Source of the DNA: an uncultured Dehalococcoidia bacterium
Lineage (GTDB): Bacteria; Chloroflexota; Dehalococcoidia; DSTF01; JACRBR01
Length of the DNA: 64,000 nt
Assembly: GCA_964371095.1 (NCBI GenBank)
Contig: CAYJMJ010000004.1
Coordinates: 17,651 to 81,650 of the forward strand
Direction of reading: 5' to 3'
The first letter of the stretch is position 1, and each line of letters begins with the position of its first letter. Of the stretch, positions 9,170 through 18,489 are shown piece by piece. The translations under genes were made by a program, and so were the position numbers. The notes below the pieces were generated by a model. That model saw nothing but the letters and a program-made list of their open reading frames with translations, was not told the origin of the DNA and made no database searches.

Positions 9170-10306
9170 ATGGAGGTGCCAACCGTGGGACGTCGCACAG
9201 AGGCCGCTGCCCTCCAGAGCAAGGTCCGCGCGGCACGGGTTGCCGGGGGCCTGTCGCAACACCATCTTGCTGAACGGGCCGGCATCACCCGCCAGGCGAT
9301 CGTGGCGATCGAGGCCGGGCATTACACGCCCAACACCGCCGTCGCGCTCCGCCTTGCCCAGGCGCTCGAATGCCGGGTCGAAGACCTGTTCGTCCTGCCG
9401 GAGCCCCGCGTCGAGCGGCCGGCGGCGATCGCAGGCGGACGCGTCGCACCGGGCGCGCGCGTCGTCGTGGCGGCCGTCGGCGACCGGCTCGTCGCGCATC
9501 AGTTGGGCGGCAGCGGCCTGTTCGCCCCGGCCGACGGCGTCGCCGTGAACGCGGCATCGAAGGTCCAGCTCTTCATCGACCCCGAGCAGGCCGAACGCAC
9601 CGCGTTTCTCGTCGGTTGCGACCCGAGTCTCGGCATCCTCGCGTCGTGGGTATCACGGCGTTCCCAGGCGGCGCGGCTCGTCTGGCTGCCTGGATCGAGC
9701 CAGGCCGCCCTCGACGCGTTGAAGCACTCCACGGCCCACGTCGCCGGCATCCATCTCCGCGACGCGAAGACCGGCGAGTTCAACGTCGCCCACGCGCGGC
9801 GCGCGCTCGCCAGCGCCGGTGGCATCGTCGTCAGCTACGCCGGATGGGAGCAGGGATTCATCGTCGCGCACGGCAACCCGAAGAAGCTCGGCTCCATCGC
9901 GGACCTCGCACGGCCAGGCGTGCGTCTCGTCAACCGCGAGGCCGGCTCGGGGAGCCGCGCTCTCCTCGATCAGTTGCTCGGCGGATCCCGCATCCCGGCC
10001 GAGCGGGTGCTCGGGTACGACGACGTCGTCAGGAGCCACATGGCCGTCGCGCGCGCCGTGGCCAGCGGCGCCGCCGATGTCGGTATCGGGCTTCGCGCAG
10101 TCGCCAGGGCCTCCTGCGGATTCGTGCCGCTGGCCGACGCCCGGTTCGATTTCCTGATCCCGAGCGAGCACCTCAAGCATCCGGCGATCCAGGTATTGCT
10201 CGACGTCATGCAGTCCGCGTCGCTCCGCGCCGACCTGTCCGCCCTGCCGGGATATGACGTGAGCGCCACGGGAACGGAACAGGCGCGATTCGGCGCCGTC
10301 GCCTGA
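9170..10306 (+). CDS. transcriptional regulator, XRE-type HTH fused to a PBP-like (ModA-like) substrate-binding domain; putative molybdate/tungstate-responsive
   Basis: N-terminal HTH (LSQHHLAERAGITRQAIVAIEAGHYTPN) and a C-terminal periplasmic-binding-protein-like 2 fold. Next to mop and modABC. The alternative TTG at 9155 was used by the ORF track. Confidence 0.8.
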   Translation: MEVPTVGRRTEAAALQSKVRAARVAGGLSQHHLAERAGITRQAIVAIEAGHYTPNTAVALRLAQALECRVEDLFVLPEPRVERPAAIAGGRVAPGARVVVAAVGDRLVAHQLGGSGLFAPADGVAVNAASKVQLFIDPEQAERTAFLVGCDPSLGILASWVSRRSQAARLVWLPGSSQAALDALKHSTAHVAGIHLRDAKTGEFNVAHARRALASAGGIVVSYAGWEQGFIVAHGNPKKLGSIADLARPGVRLVNREAGSGSRALLDQLLGGSRIPAERVLGYDDVVRSHMAVARAVASGAADVGIGLRAVARASCGFVPLADARFDFLIPSEHLKHPAIQVLLDVMQSASLRADLSALPGYDVSATGTEQARFGAVA

Positions 10307-10345
10307 TAGAGTCCGGCGCAAGCCGCACGAGAACGGAGAGAGCCC

Positions 10346-11212
10346 ATGGTTCGTCCACTCCGCCGCCGCGCACGCCGGTGGCTCGTCGTTGCCATCGCCG
10401 TGATCGGCGCGATGGTGGCTGCGTGCGGAAGCGGCTCGAGTTCGGACGAGAAGCGCGGGGCGTCGCCCGCGGCCGGCGCGTCCGAGACCGGCGGGCTGTC
10501 CGGCTCGATCACCGTGTCCGCCGCCTCCTCCCTGACGGACGTGTTCTACCGCGAAGCGGCGGCGTTCCAGAAGGCGCATCCCGATACGCGAGTGAACTTC
10601 AACTTCGGCGGCAGTCCGACGCTCGTGACCCAGCTCGACCAGGGCGCCCCGGCCGACGTGCTCGCCACCGCGGACGAGAAGAACATGAAGTCCGCGTCCG
10701 ACAAGTCGCTCGTGGGCGCCGTCAACGTCTTCGCCAGGAACCGGCTCGTCATCGCCGTCCCGACGTCGAATCCCGGCGGGATCCAGGCGCCGAAGGACCT
10801 CGCCAAGCCCGGTCTCAAGCTCGTGCTCGCGGAGGAAGGCGTGCCCGTCGGCGATTACGCGCGCCAGGCGCTCTCGAAGATGGAGTCCGACGGCTCGTTC
10901 GGGGCCGGGTTCACCGGCGCCGTGCTGAAGAACGTCGTCTCCGAAGAGTCGAACGTCAAGGCGGTCGTCGCCAAAGTGCAGCGCGGCGAGGCCGATGCCG
11001 GCATCGTCTACAAGACCGATATCACGCCCGCCGTCGCGAAGGACGTGACCACAATCGACATTGCCGACGGGTTCAACGTCATCGCCTCCTACCCGATCGC
11101 CATCACGTCGATGGCCGGGTCCCCGGGCGTCGCCGCGGCGTTCATCGAGTTCATCATGTCCGCCGAGGGCCAGAAGATTCTCACCGATAACGGGTTCAGC
11201 GGGGTGAAATGA
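10346..11212 (+). CDS. modA: molybdate ABC transporter substrate-binding lipoprotein
   Basis: Lipobox (VAACGSG) and a ModA-family fold with the SAASSL anion-binding motif. Stop overlaps the next start as ATGA. Confidence 0.9.
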   Translation: MVRPLRRRARRWLVVAIAVIGAMVAACGSGSSSDEKRGASPAAGASETGGLSGSITVSAASSLTDVFYREAAAFQKAHPDTRVNFNFGGSPTLVTQLDQGAPADVLATADEKNMKSASDKSLVGAVNVFARNRLVIAVPTSNPGGIQAPKDLAKPGLKLVLAEEGVPVGDYARQALSKMESDGSFGAGFTGAVLKNVVSEESNVKAVVAKVQRGEADAGIVYKTDITPAVAKDVTTIDIADGFNVIASYPIAITSMAGSPGVAAAFIEFIMSAEGQKILTDNGFSGVK

Positions 11213-12084
11213 GCGGCGCCGTCCACGCATCGCACCGCACCGCCGGCGGCGTCCGGGCGGGCCTCGGTTGGCTCTTCAGCCCGCCGGCATTGCTCTTCGC
11301 GGCGTTTCTCGCGGTGCCCCTCGCGGCGTGCGGCGGCTCGCCCACGCCCGACGCGACCGCGATCCCGGGTCAGCGGCCATCGGGTAACATCACCGTCCTC
11401 GCCGCTGCCGACCTGCGCCTCGCGTTCGACAAGATCGGGGCCGCGTTCGAGAAGACCTGCGACTGCCGCTTGACGGTGACCTACGGCTCGTCCGGGACGT
11501 TCGCGACGCAAATCAAGCAGGGCTCACCTGGCGACGTCTTTGCGTCCGCGGACGTGTCATATGTCGATGGGTTGGAACAGGACGGGCTCATCCTTCCTGA
11601 CACAAAGCGGGACTACGCTATCGGACGCATCGTCCTGGCAGCGAGCGCCGGCTCACGATTGACCATCGACGGGTTGGCTGACCTCGCCGGCCCCCAGTTC
11701 AAGAAAGTCTCCATTGCAAACCCTGATCACGCTCCATACGGCCGTGCGGCGAAGGAAGCCCTGACCGCACTGGGTCTGTGGGACAAGATCGAGCCGAAGC
11801 TCGTGCTCGGCGAGAACGCCGCGCAGGCCACCCAGTACGTCGAGACAGGCGACGCCGACGGTGGCATCATCCCGCTTTCGCTTTCCATTCAGAACAAGGA
11901 CAAGATCCGGTACGTACTGATCGACGACAGACTCCACAGTCCCCTGAGGCAGGCGGCCGCCGTCCTCAAGCAGAGCAAGCACGCCGACGTGGCAAGAGCG
12001 TTCCTTGACTACCTCAACGGGCCGGAGGGGCGGCCCATCATGCGCGAGTACGGGTTCGTTCTTCCCGGGGAACAGGCGCCATGA
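11209..12084 (+). CDS. second ModA-family substrate-binding lipoprotein (divergent paralogue, possibly tungstate/other oxyanion)
   Basis: Lipobox (LAACGGS) and a ModA-like fold, but the anion-binding motif reads LAAADL instead of SAASSL. ATGA overlaps on both sides. Confidence 0.85.
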   Translation: MSGAVHASHRTAGGVRAGLGWLFSPPALLFAAFLAVPLAACGGSPTPDATAIPGQRPSGNITVLAAADLRLAFDKIGAAFEKTCDCRLTVTYGSSGTFATQIKQGSPGDVFASADVSYVDGLEQDGLILPDTKRDYAIGRIVLAASAGSRLTIDGLADLAGPQFKKVSIANPDHAPYGRAAKEALTALGLWDKIEPKLVLGENAAQATQYVETGDADGGIIPLSLSIQNKDKIRYVLIDDRLHSPLRQAAAVLKQSKHADVARAFLDYLNGPEGRPIMREYGFVLPGEQAP

Positions 12085-12755
12085 ATGCCATCGACGCATC
12101 GGACATCATCATCACACTGCAGGTGGCGAGTCTCGCGACGCTCCTTTCGATCCTCGTCGGGATACCGCTCGCGTGGATATTGGCGCGCTACCGGTTCCGC
12201 GGGCGGGCGATCGTCGAAGCGTTGACGATGCTGCCCCTCGTCTTGCCGCCGACCGTCGTCGGGTATTACCTGCTGCGGGCGCTGGGGCGAAGCAGCGCGT
12301 TCGGCCGCTTCCTGGAAGAGGACCTGGGGATACGGCTGGTCTTCACATGGCAGGGCGCCGCCATCGCCGCAGCGATTCTTTCAGCGCCTCTGCTCATCCG
12401 CACGGCGCAGTCCGCCTTCGAGCAAGTTGACCCGGAGTTGGAGCGCGTAGCCGCGACGCTGGGGCGGTCCCGTGTCAGCGTCTTCGTCTCGGTCACGCTG
12501 CCTCTGGCGCTGCGCGGCGTGACCGCCGGCATCGCGCTCGCGTTTGCGAGGGCAGCTGGTGAGTTCGGGGCCACGGTCATGATCGCGGGCAACATTCCCG
12601 GCAAGACACGCACCCTGCCGATCGCGGTCTACGACGCGGTGCAGGCGGGCGACATCGCGCGCGCGAACGCGACGGCGCTCCTGCTCATCGGCATCAGCCT
12701 GTCGTGCCTCCTGTTCTTCAGCTGGACCACGCTGCTATTCAGGCGCTCGCCATGA
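12081..12755 (+). CDS. modB: molybdate ABC transporter permease
   Basis: 224 aa with five transmembrane helices and the ABC permease EAA-like motif. ATGA coupling to modC. Confidence 0.9.
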   Translation: MNAIDASDIIITLQVASLATLLSILVGIPLAWILARYRFRGRAIVEALTMLPLVLPPTVVGYYLLRALGRSSAFGRFLEEDLGIRLVFTWQGAAIAAAILSAPLLIRTAQSAFEQVDPELERVAATLGRSRVSVFVSVTLPLALRGVTAGIALAFARAAGEFGATVMIAGNIPGKTRTLPIAVYDAVQAGDIARANATALLLIGISLSCLLFFSWTTLLFRRSP

Positions 12756-13939
12756 GCGCTTCCGGGCGTGGCAGCGCCATCGACGATGGACGGCCGGCGC
12801 CGGGCCCTCGCGACCTCGATGTGCGCGCGTGCCGGCAGTTTGGAGAGTTTCGCCTGAATGTCGAGTTCTCGGGCGGCGATGAGACGGCTGTGCTCTTCGG
12901 ACCGTCGGGCGGAGGCAAGACGCTGACGATGAAGGCCATCGCCGGCCTTGTGCGGCTCGACGCCGGGCGGATCGCCGTGGGGCCGCGCGTGCTGTACGAC
13001 AGCGAACGCCGCATCAACGTCCCGCTGCGGTCGCGACGCGTGGGCTACGTGCCGCAGGGTTACGCGCTGTTCCCGCATCTGACCGTCGCGGAGAACATCG
13101 CCTTCGGCCTGCATGGCAGCGGGCGCGCGGCGCGCGACGCCACTGTCGCCGACATGCTGCACTTGACGGAGTTGGAGGGGCTGGAGCGACGCCGCCCCGC
13201 TCAGTTGTCCGGCGGGCAGCAGCAGCGCGTGGCTCTCGCGCGAGCGCTCGCCTGCCGCCCGGACATCCTCCTGCTCGACGAGCCGTTCAGCGCGCTCGAT
13301 GCTACGATCCGCGCGGAGTTGCGCGACGCCATCGTCTCGCTGCATGAGTCGCGTGGCATCCCCGTCCTGATCGTCACGCACGACCTGGCGGACGCGTTCA
13401 GCCTCGGCAACCGCATCATCGTGATCGAGGGCGGCCGTGTGTTACAGCAAGGGTCCCGTGAGGACGTATTCTTCCGCCCCGCCACGCGCCGCGTTGGCCA
13501 GCTCGTCGGCACGCGAAACATCCTCCCGATGACCGTGTCCGGGTTCTCCGACGGTGTGGTCAACCTCGACTGGTCCGGCAGACCGATCGTCGCCGCGATC
13601 TATTCGACTCACGCCGTGCCGCCACTCGCGCCTGGCCAGCGGGTCGAAGCATGCATCCGGTCCACGCAGGTCATGATTCGCCGACCGGGCGACACATACG
13701 ACGGGCGTCCTAACGTCTTTCTGGGGCGAATCGCCCACGAGATCATGGGCGCCGAGATCTATCGCCTCTTCGTGAGGCTCGCCGGCTCCGGGGCTCGCCA
13801 CGATCTGGAGATCGAGCTGCCGGCGTACACGTACTTTCGCCTCGGGCTGGACCGGAGCAAGGACATCGAAGTGTCCATCCGGCACGAGGCCGTGCACATC
13901 ATCCACGAGACTCCGGAGAGCACAGCCGCTCCGCGTTGA
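12752..13939 (+). CDS. modC: molybdate ABC transporter ATP-binding protein with C-terminal TOBE domain
   Basis: Walker A (GPSGGGKT), signature motif (LSGGQQQRVALARAL), Walker B (LLLDEP) and a C-terminal TOBE/Mop domain. Start at the ATG overlapping the modB stop. Confidence 0.9.
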   Translation: MSASGRGSAIDDGRPAPGPRDLDVRACRQFGEFRLNVEFSGGDETAVLFGPSGGGKTLTMKAIAGLVRLDAGRIAVGPRVLYDSERRINVPLRSRRVGYVPQGYALFPHLTVAENIAFGLHGSGRAARDATVADMLHLTELEGLERRRPAQLSGGQQQRVALARALACRPDILLLDEPFSALDATIRAELRDAIVSLHESRGIPVLIVTHDLADAFSLGNRIIVIEGGRVLQQGSREDVFFRPATRRVGQLVGTRNILPMTVSGFSDGVVNLDWSGRPIVAAIYSTHAVPPLAPGQRVEACIRSTQVMIRRPGDTYDGRPNVFLGRIAHEIMGAEIYRLFVRLAGSGARHDLEIELPAYTYFRLGLDRSKDIEVSIRHEAVHIIHETPESTAAPR

Positions 13940-13998
13940 GGCGAACGGCGACATGCCCGCCCACCCGTACGACGTGCTCGGCATCGGATCGAAGCACG

Positions 13999-14052
13999 AT
14001 TGGCATATCGCGCGCACTGCCGAGCATCTGTCCTTCGTTCCGAGCGAGTGAC
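13999..14052 (-). repeat. diverged copy of the dispersed intergenic repeat family (see 31066, 32705, 46283)
   Basis: The reverse complement, GTCACTCGCTCGGAACGAAGGACAGATGCTCGGCAG, aligns with GTCATCCTGAGCGAAGCGAAGGATCT...CGGGCAG at 31066. Confidence 0.4.
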
Positions 14053-14054
14053 CG

Positions 14055-15434
14055 TCAGCGGCCGTGGATCTCCCGCAGGAACCGCGCGTAGCTCTCCAGC
14101 GCGGCCATCGCTCGCAGGGCGCGCTCCGGATACGCGTACACCGGCACGCGCGCCGCGTCGAGCATCATGCGGCCGCGGCTCACCGCCTCGCCACCCATGT
14201 ACACGCCGGCGACGGGCTTGTCGCTCGTCCGCGCCAGGTGCGTGATGACCCGCGCCGTGCGCTCCGGCTCGGTCGGCGCCTGCGGCGTCAGCAGCACGAC
14301 GACGCCGTCGACGTTCGGATCGGCGAGCGCGATCTCCGTCGCGAGCTGGTACCGGTCCGCTGCCGCGTCGCCGAGCACGTCGATCGGGTTCGCCGATGAC
14401 GCCGCGGCCGGCAATCCCTCCGCGAGCCGATCGCGCGATACCGGCGACAACCGCGCCAGCTGCAGCCCGTACCGCTCGATGGCGTCGGTCGCCATCACGC
14501 CCGGCCCGCCCGCGTTCGTCACGACGGCGATCCGGCGGCCACGCGGCAGCGGCAGGTACGAGAACGCCAGCGTGTAGTCGAACAGCTCCTCCATCGAGTA
14601 TGCGCGCACGATGCCCGCCTGTCGAAACGCCGCATCGACCACCGCATCCGACGACGCGAGCGCCCCGGTGTGCGACGACGCGGCGCGCGCCCCCGCCGCG
14701 CTGCGGCCGACTTTCATGATCACGAGCGGCTTGCGCGCCGTCACGCGCTTCGCGGCCTCCAGGAACCGCCGCCCATCGGTGAACCCTTCCAGGTAGCTGA
14801 CGATCACCTTCGTCTCGTCGTCGTCGCACAGGTAATCGAGCACGTCGATCTCGTGCACGTCGGCCATGTTGCCGAGCGACACGAACTTCGAGAACCCGAC
14901 GTCGATCGCGCGCGCCCAGTCGAGGATCGCCGCCGCCATCGCGCCCGACTGGCTGACGACGGCGATCTCGTAACGGTACGGCGCCGACTCCGCGAACGTC
15001 GCGTTCAGGTTCGCGAACGTGTTGATGATGCCGAGCGAGTTCGGCCCGATGAGCCGCACGCCTCCGGCGGCCGCGCGCGCCCGCAGCTCGCGCTCCCGCG
15101 CCGCACCCTCGGCGCCGATCTCGCGAAAGCCCGCCGTGATCACGACGGCCGCCTTCACGCCCTTGCGGCCGCACTCGTCGATTACCTCAGCGGCGGCGGC
15201 GGCCGGCACCGTCAGCACCGCCAGGTCCACCGGCCCGGGGATCTCGTCGAAATGGGCGTACGCGCGAAGGCCGAGCACCGACTCCGCGTTCGGGTTCACC
15301 GGGTACAGCGGGCCGGGGAAGCGCGCCCGCATCAGGTTGTCGAGCATCACGTAGCCGAGCTTCTGCGGGTTCCGCGATGCGCCCGCGACGGCGATGCTGC
15401 GCGGCACGAAGAAGGCGTCGAGATCGGTGTTCAT
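14055..15434 (-). CDS. CoA-binding acyl-CoA synthetase (NDP-forming) alpha-like subunit
   Basis: CoA-binding Rossmann fold (SIAVAGASRNPQKLGYVMLDNL) plus a succinyl-CoA-synthetase-like ligase domain. Start at MNTDLD. Confidence 0.85.
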   Translation of the reverse strand: MNTDLDAFFVPRSIAVAGASRNPQKLGYVMLDNLMRARFPGPLYPVNPNAESVLGLRAYAHFDEIPGPVDLAVLTVPAAAAAEVIDECGRKGVKAAVVITAGFREIGAEGAARERELRARAAAGGVRLIGPNSLGIINTFANLNATFAESAPYRYEIAVVSQSGAMAAAILDWARAIDVGFSKFVSLGNMADVHEIDVLDYLCDDDETKVIVSYLEGFTDGRRFLEAAKRVTARKPLVIMKVGRSAAGARAASSHTGALASSDAVVDAAFRQAGIVRAYSMEELFDYTLAFSYLPLPRGRRIAVVTNAGGPGVMATDAIERYGLQLARLSPVSRDRLAEGLPAAASSANPIDVLGDAAADRYQLATEIALADPNVDGVVVLLTPQAPTEPERTARVITHLARTSDKPVAGVYMGGEAVSRGRMMLDAARVPVYAYPERALRAMAALESYARFLREIHGR

Positions 15435-15483
15435 GGCGTGCATTCTATGCGCTGCGAACGCCCGACCTCACTCGGCGCTGTCC

Positions 15484-15870
15484 CTATGTATCGTCCTCGG
15501 CCTCCAGAGCCTCTTTGAGGTTCGCGAGGCCCTGCACGAGCGCCAGCGCGAACCCCTGGTCGCGCAGCCCGAGCGTGATGGTGCGAAATAGCAGATACCG
15601 CAGCCCAAACGGCGTGAGCCGGCCCGACACCTCGGTGTATCCGTCTTTCGCCGCGATCTGGTACGTGAGCCAGCACGGCACGTCGCCGATTGTCACCCGC
15701 AGCTCGAGCGAGCGGCCGGGCTCCCGGCGGAGCACCTCGAACGCTCCGTCCGCCTCGGTCGACGCCTCGGCAAGCTCCCGTTCGAGCGCCGCGTAGATGC
15801 GCTCGGGAGTCGCGTTGATCGCGAACGCTTTCTCGATCGCCAGGGCTGCCTCCGTTTGCGCGCCGTTGGC
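15484..15870 (-). CDS. SRPBCC-family (polyketide cyclase/Aha1-like) protein; start uncertain
   Basis: ...LAIEKAFAINATPERIYAALE... is a typical first strand of the fold. The ORF is open to 15942 but overlaps the divergent neighbour, and no canonical start is visible. Confidence 0.5.
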   Translation of the reverse strand, partial: ANGAQTEAALAIEKAFAINATPERIYAALERELAEASTEADGAFEVLRREPGRSLELRVTIGDVPCWLTYQIAAKDGYTEVSGRLTPFGLRYLLFRTITLGLRDQGFALALVQGLANLKEALEAEDDT

Positions 15871-15940
15871 GGCCGGGCGCGTCTGCCGACATAATACGCG
15901 CGGCGCCCGCCGGCCGTGCGGTCCGCGCCGATGAGGGTTC

Positions 15941-17146
15941 ATGACCAGGACATGCGCGCGGCTCGCCGCCCTCTGCTGCGGCGCGCTGCTCTTCGCCTGC
16001 GGCGGCTCGACCGCCCGCCAGCCGACGCCATCCGCCGTGGCTACGCAGCCCCCGGCGGCGATGACCGTCGGGGCGGGTCAGCCGATCATCATCGGCATCT
16101 CGGCGGCGCTCAGCGGAGACCAGGCAAGCCTCGGCAACGATCTCGCCGACGCCGCCGACCTCGCCATCAGCGACCACGGCGGCTCCGTCAAGGGCCACTC
16201 GCTCAGGGTCGAGCGCGTCGACGACCGCTGCACCGACGCCGAGAAAGCCACGCAGGTCGCCCGCACGTTGCTCTCCGAGGCGGCGCTCGCGGGCGTGGTC
16301 GGGCCGATGTGTACGACGGGCGCGCAGGCCGCCAACAAGATCTACGAGGCCGCCGGCGTCGTGCACATCTCGCCGTCCGTCACGCGTTCGGACCTCTCGA
16401 ACCAGGGCGAGCGGTACTTCTTCCGCGTCGCCTGGCGTGACGATGTCGAGGCCGCCGTTCAGTCCGGCTACGCCTTCGGCACGCTCAACGTGAAATCGAT
16501 CACGCTCGTCGACGACGGCGAGCCGTACGGAAAGGCGCTCGCCGATGCCTTTGCGGCCGCATTCCAGCAGGCCGGCGGAACCGTCCTGTCACGCGAGCGC
16601 ATCGACCCGAACGCCGCCGACTTCTCGTCGCTCGCGCAGCAGGTGAAGAGCGCAAATCCCGATGCCGTCGTGTTCGAGGGCCTCAACCCGGGCGGCGTGC
16701 TGATCGCCAGGGCGCTGCACGACGCGGCCTACTCCGGCGCGTTCATCGCCCCGGACGGCGTGCTCAGCACGCGCGATTTCATCACGCAAGGTGGCCCCGC
16801 CGTCGAAGGCGCGATCGTCACCGGCGGCCCGATGCCCGACGACACGTTCGCCCGGCACTTCCAGGACCGCTTTCAGCGCGCGCCCGGCACGCCGTTCGTG
16901 CTCCAAACGCACGACGCGGTCACCATCCTCCTCAACGCGATCGAAACGAGCGCCGCCGAGGGTGACGGCGGCACGCTGGTCATCGACCGGGTGCGGTTGG
17001 CCGACACGCTGCGGGCGCAGAAGTCCACGGGGCTGACGGGATCGATCGAGTTCGACGAGAGCGGCGACCGGCGCGGCGACACGGCACTCGAGGCGGGCCT
17101 CGTGATCTACCGCGTGGTCAACGGCCGCTTTGAGCCCGTCCCGTGA
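15941..17146 (+). CDS. branched-chain amino acid ABC transporter substrate-binding lipoprotein (LivJ family), orphan
   Basis: Lipobox LFACGGS and a type-I periplasmic binding fold. No adjacent permease or ATPase genes. Confidence 0.85.
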   Translation: MTRTCARLAALCCGALLFACGGSTARQPTPSAVATQPPAAMTVGAGQPIIIGISAALSGDQASLGNDLADAADLAISDHGGSVKGHSLRVERVDDRCTDAEKATQVARTLLSEAALAGVVGPMCTTGAQAANKIYEAAGVVHISPSVTRSDLSNQGERYFFRVAWRDDVEAAVQSGYAFGTLNVKSITLVDDGEPYGKALADAFAAAFQQAGGTVLSRERIDPNAADFSSLAQQVKSANPDAVVFEGLNPGGVLIARALHDAAYSGAFIAPDGVLSTRDFITQGGPAVEGAIVTGGPMPDDTFARHFQDRFQRAPGTPFVLQTHDAVTILLNAIETSAAEGDGGTLVIDRVRLADTLRAQKSTGLTGSIEFDESGDRRGDTALEAGLVIYRVVNGRFEPVP

Positions 17147-17346
17147 TCAGGCGGCCTCGTTCAGCAGGTTCAGCTCGTCGAGCGCGTGCGACAGCGCCTC
17201 GTTCAGGAGGCGGATCGTCTTGTCGCGCTCGTCGACCTCGGCTTCGAGCTGGACGATGCGTGGCGACTTCCGGCGGATGGGCTTCGTTTCGGGTGTCACT
17301 GCAGGCTTCATGCGCCGATTCTGCGCCGTTTCCAGCCACACGGCCA
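17147..17346 (-). CDS. small basic coiled-coil protein (66 aa)
   Basis: MAVWLETAQNRRMKPAVTPETKPIRRKSPRIVQLEAEVDERDKTIRLLNEALSHALDELNLLNEAA. Composition is unlike the GC-driven spurious ORFs here. Confidence 0.4.
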
Positions 17347-17811
17347 TACGTGTTCCCCCGACATTCGTGACATATCGATGACAGCCCGCACGATCCTCAC
17401 GATCACCGTGCGCGACGGCGGGCCGGTCGTTACGGCGACGCCGCGGCGGCCGGCGGTCACCGCTCACGTCACGCTGGCCGGCCGGTGGCTGCGCATCGCA
17501 CTCTCCGGCGCCGGCGACGTTGAGCTGCGCATCGCCGGCGCGGACGACGTCGACGTGCGCGGCGGCTACCTCTACGCCGTGCCGGGAGACCCGTACGTAG
17601 TGCGCGCGCACGTCGCGGGGCGCCTCGCGGTCGCGGCGCGCCTGCGCCGCCGCTGACCCCGCCGAAGCTGCGTTACGAAGCGTTTACGGAGAGTTTCCCG
17701 CGCGGCGACGGCGCCATAACAACGCGCACACGGCACGCGGCGATAGTAGCAGCGTAGACGGTATCGCTCGCACCGGTGCGGGCGCCGCAACGCAGAGACA
17801 GAGAGGACGCC

Positions 17812-18303
17812 ATGCTCAAGAGAGCCTTCGTAGCAGCAGCATTCCTGGGAGCCGCGGCCTCGGCGTTCACCGCGTTCGCGCCGGCCGCCTCGGCCGCCAC
17901 GCCGCCGCCGGCCGGCGCCGCGCCGTCGGCCTTCGTCGCCGGGCGCAACGTGCTCACCGCGCACGGCTCGGGCATCGTCGCCGTCAAGGGGGCGATGGAC
18001 CTGAACGCCAGCGCCGCCGAGGGCGTGCTCCTCGTCAAGGATCCCACCGGCGACGCGCGCATCGACGTCGATGGCTATGGCGGCCAGGGCGAGTGGAACG
18101 GGGTCAAGGTGTACTGGGGCTTCCACGGCCACGCACACATCGTGGGCCGTGACGTCGGCGTGATGATCATCGGCCGCGACGTCGACCTCCGGGTCATCGG
18201 CCGGGGCTGGGCCTTCCTGAAGGGACACGGTTCGTACAGCGTCAACGGCGGGCCGCCGCAGCCCTGGACCGAAGAGGGCGCGCGGTTCAACGTCGCGCCG
18301 TAA
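17812..18303 (+). CDS. secreted hypothetical protein with signal peptide
   Basis: MLKRAFVAAAFLGAAASAFTAFAPAASA looks like a signal peptide, followed by a Gly/Asp-rich mature domain with an internal GRDVGVMIIGRDVDLRVIGRG repeat. Confidence 0.55.
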   Translation: MLKRAFVAAAFLGAAASAFTAFAPAASAATPPPAGAAPSAFVAGRNVLTAHGSGIVAVKGAMDLNASAAEGVLLVKDPTGDARIDVDGYGGQGEWNGVKVYWGFHGHAHIVGRDVGVMIIGRDVDLRVIGRGWAFLKGHGSYSVNGGPPQPWTEEGARFNVAP

Positions 18304-18326
18304 CCGTTGGGGGCGAGGTGCCGGCA

Positions 18327-18360
18327 GAGAGGGTCGCCTTCGGCGGCCCTCTCTGCGCGT
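18327..18360 (+). terminator. hairpin GCAGAGAGGG-N13-CCCTCTCTGC downstream of the secreted-protein gene
   Basis: Perfect 10-bp stem. It contains the GCAGAGA motif that recurs in the microsatellites at 36094 and 59900. Confidence 0.45.
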
Positions 18361-18489
18361 CCGAAGGCAGGCAGCACGGATATTGCCCGCTTTTTCCGGC
18401 CGTTTTACACGATTCCAACAATCCGCCGCCCCGTTCCTGCGACGATACTGGCAGGGGGACGCCGCGACGCCCCCGAAGGAGCGCGCACC

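Noticed and set aside
8820-9236. 138-aa form of the Mop gene
   Set aside because: The N-terminal 70 aa are Arg/Pro-rich and overlap the divergent promoter/operator region. The conserved TOBE fold starts at MPLSARNQL, so I prefer the 67-aa form.
9370-10257. 295-aa Arg-rich ORF in an alternative frame inside the molybdate regulator gene
   Set aside because: It is an out-of-frame translation of the regulator. Its composition is dominated by Arg, Pro and Gly.
17378-17656. 93-aa plus-strand ORF (MTARTILTITVRDGG...)
   Set aside because: Arg/Ala/Val/Gly-biased with no motif. It starts only 32 nt from the divergent small coiled-coil ORF. Probably a GC artefact; it is kept only as a remark.
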